DNA of 64,000 nucleotides from Escherichia coli phage AZ21: sequence record LC788708.1; one strand, 5' to 3'. Shown piece by piece: positions 37,365 to 46,210 of this stretch (position 1 is its first letter; each line of letters starts with the position of its first letter). The notes under the pieces were generated by a model. It saw only the letters and a program-made list of their open reading frames with translations, ran no database searches and was not told where the DNA came from. The position numbers and the translations under genes were made by a program.

Positions 37365-37859
37365 TTAAACTACTTGTAAGGATTCAATATTGAAACATCG
37401 TTTCAGTTCGTCATGCAAAACGGCATATTCATCCCATCGGGTACTATCAGGAATATAAACAAGCTGTTTTAATCGGTTTGCATATATTACCGCTTTGTTA
37501 TCAATTATCTCGACGCCACCATATTTAATAATTAATTTCATGACGGAATTAATAGGATCGCCGCCGTTTACATATGCGCCGGATTTACTTAATTGATAAT
37601 GATAAAGGCTTGCATATACGTTTTCATTTTCATACCATTCGCCAGTCTCTTCGTCTTCATAGCCATCGCTACCAAAACGAGAAGCATTATCAACAGCCAT
37701 TTCATGAGCAAAAGCGTCCAGATCCGTACCAGCAGGAACAAAATATTCCTCGGTATTCCCTTCCCCGCAATAGCCAGTATGACAATCGACTAAAATGATC
37801 ATATCATGTTTAGCCTTGCTCACTTCCCCTAGCGAGAAGCCGTATTTTTCTTCTAACAT
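37365..37859 (-). CDS. acidic protein
   Basis: Start at MLEEKYGF after AGGAG RBS; Asp/Glu-rich. Confidence 0.5.
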   Translation of the reverse strand: MLEEKYGFSLGEVSKAKHDMIILVDCHTGYCGEGNTEEYFVPAGTDLDAFAHEMAVDNASRFGSDGYEDEETGEWYENENVYASLYHYQLSKSGAYVNGGDPINSVMKLIIKYGGVEIIDNKAVIYANRLKQLVYIPDSTRWDEYAVLHDELKRCFNIESLQVV

Positions 37860-37923
37860 AATTAGTCTCCTATTAATTAACAAGGAAATAGTAAAGCGGG
37901 GAAATAATCCCCGCTAGATATTA

Positions 37924-38157
37924 TTACTCGTTTTCGGTGTTAGTGGTAAAAGTAGAGATATCGATACCTTTTACCATTTCATCGATCATCTCAGCGATGT
38001 TAAAACTTTGCACCATTTCTAACATTGCCGCTTCCATAGCCGCCCCTGCTACCGCTTTCGCTTTCTGATTAGTCGGGGCGTACTGGTCAACCGCTACACT
38101 CAGCAGGTTAGCGATCACTACACGACCAATCGGCGTATCAATATAGCCTTTGATCAT
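37924..38157 (-). CDS. 77-aa ORF; probable C-terminal continuation of the 38138..38929 ORF across an A7 run
   Basis: Frame reached by removing one base from the T7/A7 run at 38166-38172. Confidence 0.4.
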   Translation of the reverse strand: MIKGYIDTPIGRVVIANLLSVAVDQYAPTNQKAKAVAGAAMEAAMLEMVQSFNIAEMIDEMVKGIDISTFTTNTENE

Positions 38158-38929
38158 AAACGGTGCTTTTTTTAGCCGCTACTTTCGTGATTTGAGTTAG
38201 TGCAATTTTACCAGCTTCCAGTTTTGCAGCGTTTACAACAGCGGATTTATTAGCGGCAACGATATTAGCGATCTTGGTCATGGTATTTTTTCCTTTGTTT
38301 TCAGTAGTTTGAGTATTAACGCTTTGAGTGTTAGAGCTTACAACCTGTTTTTCAATATTGTCAACTGGTTTTAGTGTAAATCCAGCATTTGCAACGTTTG
38401 ATTCATTCCCATACTCTAAATAATCACTAGGGATCAACATGTTGCCACTAGCGCGTTCAAAACATAACACGCCAGTTGTAGAAATTACATTACTATCAGC
38501 ACTTTTGTAATTAGCTGATAGTTCACGCCAAATGCTAGTTAATAACGATCCGACACTATCAGTCCTGATATTACTTACTTTTGTTGCTGTTACTTGCTCT
38601 TTTTCTTGCACGTTATATAATCGCGCAATGTAACCACTATTAGATTCACTATAACCAACAATGATAAAATCAATATCTCTTCCACGTTGATTGCGGAAAA
38701 TGTGATAATCACGGTTGAAAATTACTAGCGCCCTTTTCTGGTCTAGTAATTGTGTGAAATCTTCAACTGAATAATGAGTACCCTCATCGTCTAAAATTCT
38801 ATCATGAATCTTTTCGATAATAGTAGCGGTATGCTGTACGCTTGCCGCGCTACTACCCTCTAACAGATTGCGCAAACTGCCTTTAATAATAGTGGCGTTT
38901 GCTGGTACTGCAATTCTTACAGTAGACAT
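38138..38929 (-). CDS. first gene of the reversed cassette, hypothetical 263-aa protein
   Basis: GAGGGAG RBS; own promoter upstream. Confidence 0.5.
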   Translation of the reverse strand: MSTVRIAVPANATIIKGSLRNLLEGSSAASVQHTATIIEKIHDRILDDEGTHYSVEDFTQLLDQKRALVIFNRDYHIFRNQRGRDIDFIIVGYSESNSGYIARLYNVQEKEQVTATKVSNIRTDSVGSLLTSIWRELSANYKSADSNVISTTGVLCFERASGNMLIPSDYLEYGNESNVANAGFTLKPVDNIEKQVVSSNTQSVNTQTTENKGKNTMTKIANIVAANKSAVVNAAKLEAGKIALTQITKVAAKKSTVYDQRLY

Positions 38930-38962
38930 TTTATTTTGTCTCCCTCGTTAATCGGTGAGTGA

Positions 38963-38991
38963 ATGATAAGGGTAATTTTCTAGCATAGGCA
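38963..38991 (-). promoter_or_regulatory. minus-strand sigma70 promoter for the cassette (TTGCCT-17-TATCAT)
   Basis: Read on reverse complement; about 35 nt upstream of the 38929 start. Confidence 0.5.
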
Positions 38992-39120
38992 AATATTATT
39001 TTACTTTTTTATTTTCCTTGCCTAGCGTCTAATTTTATGCTAACCGCGCAGCGGTGCAATAAAGAGCAAACCACGGCGAAGCCACCAGCCCGACGCATTG
39101 AGGCTTTACTTTAATATTAC

Positions 39121-39336
39121 CTTACAGCGTTTAGCTCGTTAGAATGCGTTTTGGGCCACTTAAAATTGATTGCAGTTGTTAACACTACCTTTCTACCCTG
39201 TATATTTATACAGTGGAATAACCTGTGGATAAGTCTGTGCAAAAGTCCTTATATCACCGCCTATCGTGTCAAGTTATTTTGTGCTGTGGAAAACATTGTG
39301 GATAACTTAAATGATAGTGCTTCTCACTTAGGCTAA
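39121..39336. repeat. right arm of the about 215-bp imperfect inverted repeat
   Basis: Reverse complement aligns with 35076-35290. Confidence 0.75.
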
Positions 39337-39626
39337 TGATTTCTTATAGTTATTATTTCTCATTAATTTATAAGTATATTATATATTATCAAATAGTTAG
39401 TTGGCTAATGAGATTTTCCGTGATTAATAGTCTGCTAATAATTCAGGTCGTTACAATCCACCAGCATGATTATCATTCTAGCAATTATTAGTCTGCTATC
39501 TTTCCGATACATACTAACAAATAAAAGTCAATTAATTTATTTCATAAAATAAGTAGTTATCCACTGGAAAATAAAAGTCAAGTGGATAACTAGGAAAATT
39601 TCATTTTTGCTTTTGGGGATAAGTTA
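39225..39626. promoter_or_regulatory. DnaA-box cluster (TGTGGATAA x2 perfect, TTATCCACT, AGTGGATAA, TTATCAACA)
   Basis: Boxes at 39225, 39297, 39556, 39583, 39618. Confidence 0.6.
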
Positions 39627-40034
39627 TCAACAAGGCTAGAATGCGCCTAAAACGCTCCAGAACGCGATGAAGTTTTTAGCCACCCCATCATAAGGGGATA
39701 GGCCGTTTATCGCTGCCACGAGCTTTTTAGATTTTGTCAAGTAGGGGAAAGCAAATATAAATGAAAAAATTACTTGCCTATTTGCTTTATTTTGTGGTAT
39801 TCGCGCCCGTTTCTTTTAATTTTAGGCCGTCGCCGGACGTGGTGCGGTGAATTTTGTCTTTACGTTTCTTTACAAAAATAAGGTTGCGCCATTTTCGGGA
39901 ATCCCCTATTATTTATCACGTAGGGCGGCAATGACGAACTACACGGCGGGAAGTTTACCGCCACGCTCTTTAAAAATTGGGTACATCTTAAAGCCTATCG
40001 GCGGTAAACTTATTTATTATAAGGAATCGACGAT

Positions 40035-40247
40035 ATGAAACAAACTTTATTGATCACTGGCAAGCCTATTAAGGCACTAGATAGCAAAACAAAAAATTTG
40101 TTGACAGTAGCGCAAAGATCGGTAAAATACCGATTCACGCAGTACAAGAAAGACCGCCAGCAAGGTTTAGAAATGATCTGGCGAAACATTATGATTGACT
40201 TGAAAGAAAATCATAAAAAACTGCAAAAAAATTATTTGACAACCTAG
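40035..40247 (+). CDS. small basic protein
   Basis: ORF with AAGGAATCG RBS. Confidence 0.4.
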   Translation: MKQTLLITGKPIKALDSKTKNLLTVAQRSVKYRFTQYKKDRQQGLEMIWRNIMIDLKENHKKLQKNYLTT

Positions 40248-40391
40248 CCGATAGGTTTTAAGATGTACCCAGTTCGATAAGAGCGATAACTTGATAAAAT
40301 TTGACGGTCGGTGCTTACCATAATGCGCCCCGCCCCCTAACGGGATATAGCGGCCTACGTGGAGTTCTTTAAATTGATTATAGCGGCGAGA

Positions 40392-40445
40392 GGATTGTTA
40401 CTTATTACCTGCTAGTATTTTCTAGTAGGTAATAAGTAACAATCC
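40392..40445. promoter_or_regulatory. 54-bp palindrome with perfect 19-bp arms
   Basis: GGATTGTTACTTATTACCT ... AGGTAATAAGTAACAATCC. Confidence 0.8.
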
Positions 40446-40468
40446 ATCAAATAACTGGAGTTTATATT

Positions 40469-40720
40469 ATGCAAAACGTTATTACCGCGCCTAAAATTGG
40501 TCAATCCGTCTTTATTCCTTTCGTTACTAAAACGGATGAATTAACCGGAAAGGCCGAACGTATTAAAGGTGCGGCGCTTATGCCGTTCGATACAATCGAC
40601 GCGGTATATGCTGAAAATGAACGCAGTAACAACGGCAAGCCCGTTTTTAGCGTTCGCGTTAAATCCGGCGATGTTGTAAAGGTTGTTCAACGCAACGAAA
40701 AATGGGAAGCTGTGTTGTAA
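40469..40720 (+). CDS. pre-early small protein
   Basis: ACTGGAG RBS. Confidence 0.5.
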   Translation: MQNVITAPKIGQSVFIPFVTKTDELTGKAERIKGAALMPFDTIDAVYAENERSNNGKPVFSVRVKSGDVVKVVQRNEKWEAVL

Positions 40721-40734
40721 TTTAGTGTTAACTT

Positions 40735-40762
40735 TATATCCCCCTTATTTCAGGGGGATATA
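40735..40762 (+). terminator. hairpin TATATCCCCCT..AGGGGGATATA
   Basis: Perfect 11-bp stem; weak U tract. Confidence 0.5.
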
Positions 40763-40818
40763 ACGATTAACATTAAGTTAATCTAATCCCTTAAATTAAA
40801 CTAATAGGAGTTTTTACC

Positions 40819-41226
40819 ATGACTAACGCAAAAACCGCAAAATTCGCATGGAATGAAGAAAACACTCAGAAAGCTGTTACCATGTACCAGCAGTTAATCA
40901 ACGAAAACGGTTTAGATTTTGCAAATAGCGACGGCCTGAAAGAGATTGCAAAAGCAGTAGGCGCGGCCTCCCCCGTATCCGTTCGGTCAAAATTGACCAG
41001 TGCAAAAGCCTATCAAAAAAGCGATAAGCCGCGTAAAGTTGGCGGCGGTAGCTCTGTGCGTAAAGCTCACTATGTGCGAGTAATTGCAAAACACGCTATC
41101 GATTCCGGTATTATCAAAGACGCCGATGATCTGGCAAGCCTTGAAAGTGCTAAACTGGAAACGCTGGACGCGGTGGCGCAACTGTTAGGCGTTGCCGATG
41201 AAGTAAAACAAGCCGTAGGTGAATAA
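40819..41226 (+). CDS. pre-early hypothetical protein
   Basis: ORF, AGGAG RBS. Confidence 0.5.
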   Translation: MTNAKTAKFAWNEENTQKAVTMYQQLINENGLDFANSDGLKEIAKAVGAASPVSVRSKLTSAKAYQKSDKPRKVGGGSSVRKAHYVRVIAKHAIDSGIIKDADDLASLESAKLETLDAVAQLLGVADEVKQAVGE

Positions 41227-41237
41227 TAGTTATACCT

Positions 41238-41260
41238 TGCCCCCTTCTAGTGAGGGGGCA
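41238..41260 (+). terminator. hairpin TGCCCCC-TTCTAGTGA-GGGGGCA
   Basis: 7-bp GC stem. Confidence 0.45.
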
Positions 41261-41316
41261 CTAATATAACTGTTTAGCGATAGTTATTTTCTTCCCTTAA
41301 ATCAGGAGTTTTAAAA

Positions 41317-41514
41317 ATGGTTTTCTTCCCTACTGAATCTTTGATTCTAGGCTTGTTTATTATGGCGGCCTCATTATTGTTCGCTTATTTTCAGAATGAT
41401 TTAGATTCGTATTATTTTAAACGTAAATCTAAATTAGCAAAACGTTTGGGCTTGCTTTGTTTTATCGCTGCCGTTGCCTGTGGTGTTAGTTCGAGTCTAG
41501 TACCATTAAATTAA
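41317..41514 (+). CDS. small membrane protein
   Basis: Two TM helices. Confidence 0.45.
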   Translation: MVFFPTESLILGLFIMAASLLFAYFQNDLDSYYFKRKSKLAKRLGLLCFIAAVACGVSSSLVPLN

Positions 41515-41524
41515 TGTTGCAAAT

Positions 41525-41552
41525 TATAACGCCTATTATTCGAGGCGTTATA
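41525..41552 (+). terminator. hairpin TATAACGCCT..AGGCGTTATA
   Basis: 10-bp stem then TTTGG. Confidence 0.5.
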
Positions 41553-41601
41553 TTTGGCAATATTGCCATTATTAACCTAATCCCTTTAATGGAGTTTTAT
41601 T

Positions 41602-43272
41602 ATGATTATTTCCGCAGAAAAACAAACCGTTATCCTGAAAATGGCCGCTGATTTCAATTTCTACGGTAAACGCCTGCGCGCCACTAAACTGGAGGTCTGC
41701 GACGATATTTCAAAAGCGGTCTACGATACAACGAAACACTCCACCGCTATCTGCGACTGGCTGGAAGCAAATAAACCAGCGAAACCAAAAGCGGCAAAAG
41801 TAGCAAAAGCCATTAAAAACGGTGAGCGCCCCGAAGCGGCTGGGATTGTTTCTAGTACCGTGGAGCAGTGGGAAGTAAAACAAGGTAAACGCTTTATTAT
41901 TACATCGATTCAGAATAATACTTTCCCGCATAAAAACTTTTTAGCCTCACTGGAGCAATTTGCTAAATATATCGGGGCTGATTTGCTCGTTTCTAAGTAT
42001 ATTTATAATAAAAACGGTTTTCAAAATGGGGAAGGTGCTGACGGAATCAAATATGATTCCGCGTTTGATAAATATATTTGCAGCAAAAACGTGTTTTTGA
42101 ATAACCGCCGCTTTGCTTTCATGGCTGAAATTAATGTTTTGCCTACCGCAGATTATCCGCTTTCTGGATTCGCAGAAACTGCAACGGCTTTAAATATTGA
42201 AGGTCTGGCAATTGGTCACGCTAAAATTACCGCTGAAAGCGTACCAGCTTTAAAAGGTGAAGTAGTGCGCCGTATGTACTCAACCGGAACGGCAACGCTC
42301 AAAAACTACATTCAGCAGAAAGCAGGACAAAAGGCCGAGGCGCTGCATAACTTCGGTGCGCTTATTGTTGAGTTCGACGAGGACGGGGAATTTTTTGTAC
42401 GCCAGCTTGAAACGATGGACGAAAGCGGGGTATTTTATGATCTGAATGTGTGTGCTACTCCTGCCGGATGCTATGAAACATCGGGGCATGTTTTAGGCTT
42501 GCAGTATGGCGATATTCACGCCGAAAAATTAGATGAGGAGTGCGCCGCCGCGTCATGGGGGCATGGTGATACTTATGGGCTAGTAGATATTCTTAAACCA
42601 AAATATCAGTTTGTGCATGACGTGCATGATTTTACATCGCGCAATCATCATAACCGCGCATCGGGTGTATTCCTAGCAAAACAGTACGCCGCCGGACGTG
42701 ATAAGGTTATTGATGATCTTATCGATACGGGGCGCGTGCTGGAATCAATGGAGCGTGATTTTTCTCAAACAATCATTGTTGAATCGAATCACGATTTGGC
42801 GTTATCCCGTTGGCTTGATGATCGTAATGCTAACATCAAAGACGATCCAGCAAACGCAGAACTGTATCACCGCCTGAATGCTGCAATTTACGAGGCAATC
42901 GGTGAACATGACGAAACGTTCAACGTGCTAGATTATGCGCTGCGCAAGGTTGCAGGTTGTGAGTTTAACGCCATTTTCCTGACCACTGACCAATCTTTCA
43001 AGATTGCAGGCATTGAATGCGGCGTACACGGTCACAACGGCATTAATGGCAGTCGTGGCAATCCCAAACAATTTAAGAAATTGGGCAAGTTAAACACTGG
43101 TCATACTCATACGGCAAGCATTTACGGCGGGGTATATACCGCTGGCGTAGCTGGTAGTCTGGATATGGGTTACAACGTTGGCGCGTCAAGCTGGACGCAA
43201 ACTCATTTAATTACCTATGCAAACGGTCAGCGCACTTTGATTGACTTTAAGAACGGTAAATTTTTTGCGTAA
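41602..43272 (+). CDS. A1: A1-like pre-early protein, calcineurin-like metallophosphoesterase/nuclease (556 aa)
   Basis: GDIHAE...GHGD...ESNHD...GHNG...GHTH motifs; length equals T5 A1. Confidence 0.75.
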   Translation: MIISAEKQTVILKMAADFNFYGKRLRATKLEVCDDISKAVYDTTKHSTAICDWLEANKPAKPKAAKVAKAIKNGERPEAAGIVSSTVEQWEVKQGKRFIITSIQNNTFPHKNFLASLEQFAKYIGADLLVSKYIYNKNGFQNGEGADGIKYDSAFDKYICSKNVFLNNRRFAFMAEINVLPTADYPLSGFAETATALNIEGLAIGHAKITAESVPALKGEVVRRMYSTGTATLKNYIQQKAGQKAEALHNFGALIVEFDEDGEFFVRQLETMDESGVFYDLNVCATPAGCYETSGHVLGLQYGDIHAEKLDEECAAASWGHGDTYGLVDILKPKYQFVHDVHDFTSRNHHNRASGVFLAKQYAAGRDKVIDDLIDTGRVLESMERDFSQTIIVESNHDLALSRWLDDRNANIKDDPANAELYHRLNAAIYEAIGEHDETFNVLDYALRKVAGCEFNAIFLTTDQSFKIAGIECGVHGHNGINGSRGNPKQFKKLGKLNTGHTHTASIYGGVYTAGVAGSLDMGYNVGASSWTQTHLITYANGQRTLIDFKNGKFFA

Positions 43273-43286
43273 TTAAATTATTTCCC

Positions 43287-43310
43287 TAGCGGCTTGAAAT
43301 ACAGCCGCTA
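43287..43310 (+). terminator. hairpin TAGCGGCT..AGCCGCTA
   Basis: 8-bp stem. Confidence 0.45.
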
Positions 43311-43328
43311 TTACAGGAGCTAAATTAA

Positions 43329-43607
43329 ATGGCTATTAAAATTAATCTTCCCAATATTAAAAACACCGCTGATATATGGTCGATTGATACTATATTGCGT
43401 GGCACTGTATACCGTAATTTAAAAGATAATAATTGTTATATTTATCAAAATGAATTAAACGGCCATATTTACATAATCGAGTCCGATGGTTTTTGTTCTT
43501 TTGAGACTGATTATGAAGCGCAAGATCATATACAGGCAAATGATATTCCTGACGTATGGAAAGAAACAAACCTTGCTTTTGTTGTAAGTCTTGAAGCTAA
43601 CAAATAA
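43329..43607 (+). CDS. small hypothetical protein between A1 and A2
   Basis: ORF. Confidence 0.45.
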   Translation: MAIKINLPNIKNTADIWSIDTILRGTVYRNLKDNNCYIYQNELNGHIYIIESDGFCSFETDYEAQDHIQANDIPDVWKETNLAFVVSLEANK

Positions 43608-43645
43608 ATTAAATATCTTATTAAATTAATTGGAGTTTTACAAAT

Positions 43646-44038
43646 ATGAAAAAGCAAAATATTCCATTCGATCGCGCTCAGTCTTCTATTGTTCTGGTTT
43701 ATTCTAATGGTGAGCGTTACCACGTCGAGGCGGGGCACGTTATTGATGAATTATTAGATTTCAATGACGCTTTACAGGTTACTACCTTTGCCTACACGCA
43801 AGGCCGCGCAAGTAGTTACATTAAGGCCGCAGGCGTTTATGTTGACACGGTGAAACAAGAAACGATTATCATCGACGCAGTAAAATCCGGTCTAGCCTTT
43901 GCAGTTGTCGCGCCTTGCCCCTCTTGTCTTGATGATCAGCTAACGAGTGCGAAAGTATACACCTGCGCGGGCATTCGTTCCCATGTATCAGGAGAGGATA
44001 TTAGTTTTATCGCTGATGCGTTGGCTTATGGTCTTTAA
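43646..44038 (+). CDS. A2: A2-like pre-early protein (130 aa)
   Basis: Position between A1 and dmp; size as expected. Confidence 0.5.
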   Translation: MKKQNIPFDRAQSSIVLVYSNGERYHVEAGHVIDELLDFNDALQVTTFAYTQGRASSYIKAAGVYVDTVKQETIIIDAVKSGLAFAVVAPCPSCLDDQLTSAKVYTCAGIRSHVSGEDISFIADALAYGL

Positions 44039-44052
44039 TAGTTGATTTATTA

Positions 44053-44077
44053 TTGCCCGCTGATAGATAGCGGGCAA
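44053..44077 (+). terminator. hairpin TTGCCCGCT..AGCGGGCAA
   Basis: 9-bp stem. Confidence 0.45.
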
Positions 44078-44118
44078 TGCTGGATAAACTACATCCCTTT
44101 AATGGAGAACGTAACAAA

Positions 44119-44853
44119 ATGAATCAAGTTAAAACGAATATTTCCCGTAACTTCCCGCATATTTCCCGCGTCATGATCTGGGATCTTGATGGCACTATCG
44201 TTAATTCATTCCATCGTGTAGCGCCTTGCTTTGATAGTGAGGGTAATCTAGATTTAAATAAGTATAAGAATGAGGCTTGCAAACATGATTTAATAATGCA
44301 GGATACTTTATTGCCTTTGGTGGAATATATGCGCCAATGCATGAATGACGCAAATACTTTAAACATTATTTGTACCGCTCGATTAATGAGCAAATCGGAT
44401 TATTATTATTTGCGCAAACAAGGCTTGCGAGGGCGTGGGGATAGCAATATCCGCGTGTTTTCCCGCGACACGCTGCATAAATATTTTGAAGCTGATAAGG
44501 TTAGCGAGATATACCACAGTAAAGACGCAGTTTATAAATCGTATTACTTTGAATTATTTAAACAGCTATATCCGAACGCTGATTTCACAATGATTGATGA
44601 TCATAAAGGTGTATTATCAGCGGCGGCGTCATACGGATTTAAAACGCTAGACGCGCAAGCCGTTAACGATATTCTATCAATCGGCGTGGCATTGATAGGC
44701 GGAACCTTTATTGATGAATCTCTCGATGATGATAATGATTATCAGTTCCTAGCCGATCGATTGAAATTATGTTGGGAAAGTATGACCGAAGAAGAACGCG
44801 CAGAATATAGTTGCAGCCCGCAACAATATATTGAGAAATTAAAAGTTGCGTAA
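44119..44853 (+). CDS. dmp: 5'-deoxyribonucleotidase, HAD superfamily (244 aa)
   Basis: HAD motif I MIWDLDGTIVNS; start set at the Met with RBS giving 244 aa. Confidence 0.7.
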   Translation: MNQVKTNISRNFPHISRVMIWDLDGTIVNSFHRVAPCFDSEGNLDLNKYKNEACKHDLIMQDTLLPLVEYMRQCMNDANTLNIICTARLMSKSDYYYLRKQGLRGRGDSNIRVFSRDTLHKYFEADKVSEIYHSKDAVYKSYYFELFKQLYPNADFTMIDDHKGVLSAAASYGFKTLDAQAVNDILSIGVALIGGTFIDESLDDDNDYQFLADRLKLCWESMTEEERAEYSCSPQQYIEKLKVA

Positions 44854-44871
44854 TAATTAAAGTTGAAATAG

Positions 44872-44906
44872 TTTCATCCTGCAATTAAAATGGTTGCGGG
44901 ATGAAA
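44872..44906 (+). terminator. 13-bp hairpin after dmp
   Basis: TTTCATCCTGCAA..TTGCGGGATGAAA. Confidence 0.45.
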
Positions 44907-45017
44907 CAATTACCCTGCTAATAGTAACGGGGGTGGCGGTTAGCAGACTAAGTATTCTCCCCCAACCCACTGGACACACCTCCATGTGTAATCCTATGAA
45001 ATTTGGCAAAAGTCAAA

Positions 45018-45263
45018 TTAGCGCATAGAAGGGTCATCAAACCTGTGCTCTGGTCTGAACTCACGGAATCTCTTCCACGACGCCCGAGATCCATCAGACC
45101 ACTCCCGCTCAAACTCCGCACGTTTCTCGTCAAACTTCCGCTCCCTTTCCGCAATCTCTCGCGTCACCCCCGCGATATATTCCCGATGCTTGTTAATTGC
45201 CGCAGTTGTCCCGAAAACTCCCGCGAGTATCCCGATAATAAAAGCAATTACAATACTAAACAT
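45018..45263 (-). CDS. small membrane-anchored protein
   Basis: N-terminal TM; GAGAGGGA RBS on minus strand. Confidence 0.5.
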   Translation of the reverse strand: MFSIVIAFIIGILAGVFGTTAAINKHREYIAGVTREIAERERKFDEKRAEFEREWSDGSRASWKRFREFRPEHRFDDPSMR

Positions 45264-45450
45264 CTAATTCCCTCTCAATTTGCAGAATACGGGTACTATC
45301 ACAACGTTGCAGTAGTGCTAGCTTTTCTAGAGTAACTTGTTGTTGTTTTACCTGAGCTTCTAGAGTTTTTAGGCGGAGATACACGATACGAGAGACAATG
45401 AGGATTACCCAGACTAATATTACCATTAGTGTAATTGCCGCTTCCATCAT
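45256..45450 (-). CDS. small membrane protein
   Basis: TM plus coiled coil; GGAG RBS. Confidence 0.45.
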   Translation of the reverse strand: MMEAAITLMVILVWVILIVSRIVYLRLKTLEAQVKQQQVTLEKLALLQRCDSTRILQIERELDV

Positions 45451-45553
45451 TTACGTTTCTCCAATAATAAGGTTTCAATTCTAGCTAAATGATTATCTAA
45501 AATACATTGTCCAATAATCACAATCCCTAGTAGTGCAATAATTACCCATTCCA

Positions 45554-45745
45554 TTAAATCCACCCCGCCATAGCTGCTAACCAAAAACCTACGAAGATTA
45601 GGAATAATACAAAACCAAATCCGTAAATATTAATCCACGCTTCATATACTTCTCCGCGTCTGTTCTTTCTTTTATTTGACATATCTTTCATGCTCCAATA
45701 AATGTGGTATCTGGAATATTTTACAGTTTGTGCACAACCAACCAT
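45554..45745 (-). CDS. small membrane protein
   Basis: C-terminal TM; AGGAAG RBS. Confidence 0.45.
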   Translation of the reverse strand: MVGCAQTVKYSRYHIYWSMKDMSNKRKNRRGEVYEAWINIYGFGFVLFLIFVGFWLAAMAGWI

Positions 45746-45858
45746 GCTTGTGACTTCCTAGAAGGACTTCTCATTTTCTTGCATAGTGGTTTCTGCCAAT
45801 ATACCATCCAAAAAATAAAAAATTTAGTTTACTTGGATGTCGTTTTGCTTTATACTAA

Positions 45859-46125
45859 TTACAGGTAGTTAGATTGCTCTAGTTTAAATTTACAATCACC
45901 GTATTTAAGATCAAACTGACTGAGATCCCACCACCCAAACTTAGTACGGAGCTGTACTACTGGGAAGCGATCTCCCTTAATACGAACTTTTTGAACTTTG
46001 AGGCCATAATGTTCTTCTCCTGCACCTCCAAAAGATTTTACAAATCCCGTACAAAATGGTTTGGGAGCAGGTGCACAACCAGATAACATAACTGCGGCAA
46101 CTAGTGCAATCACAAACTTTTTCAT
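45859..46125 (-). CDS. llp: Llp-like receptor-blocking lipoprotein
   Basis: Signal peptide plus lipobox LSGC; divergent from and adjacent to the receptor-binding gene. Confidence 0.6.
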   Translation of the reverse strand: MKKFVIALVAAVMLSGCAPAPKPFCTGFVKSFGGAGEEHYGLKVQKVRIKGDRFPVVQLRTKFGWWDLSQFDLKYGDCKFKLEQSNYL

Positions 46126-46210
46126 ATTTATCTCTCCATTTCTAATTTATGAATCTATTATAGCAAAATAGAGGGATGAAAGCAAATACATTTTTATAAT
46201 AGGAGATTAT

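Noticed and set aside
37574-37798. Plus-strand ORFs 37574-37798 and 37593-37793
   Set aside because: They are antisense to the acidic-protein gene 37365-37859.
35076-39336. Insertion sequence or composite transposon (inverted repeats flanking a cassette)
   Set aside because: No transposase, integrase or recombinase-like ORF inside or nearby. The arms are long (about 215 bp), imperfect and carry DnaA boxes, which is more like recombination or replication-associated repeats.
45003-45335. Plus-strand 110-aa ORF
   Set aside because: It overlaps two minus-strand ORFs that have RBSs and clear transmembrane character. Its plus-strand translation is Arg/Pro-rich and typical of antisense reading.
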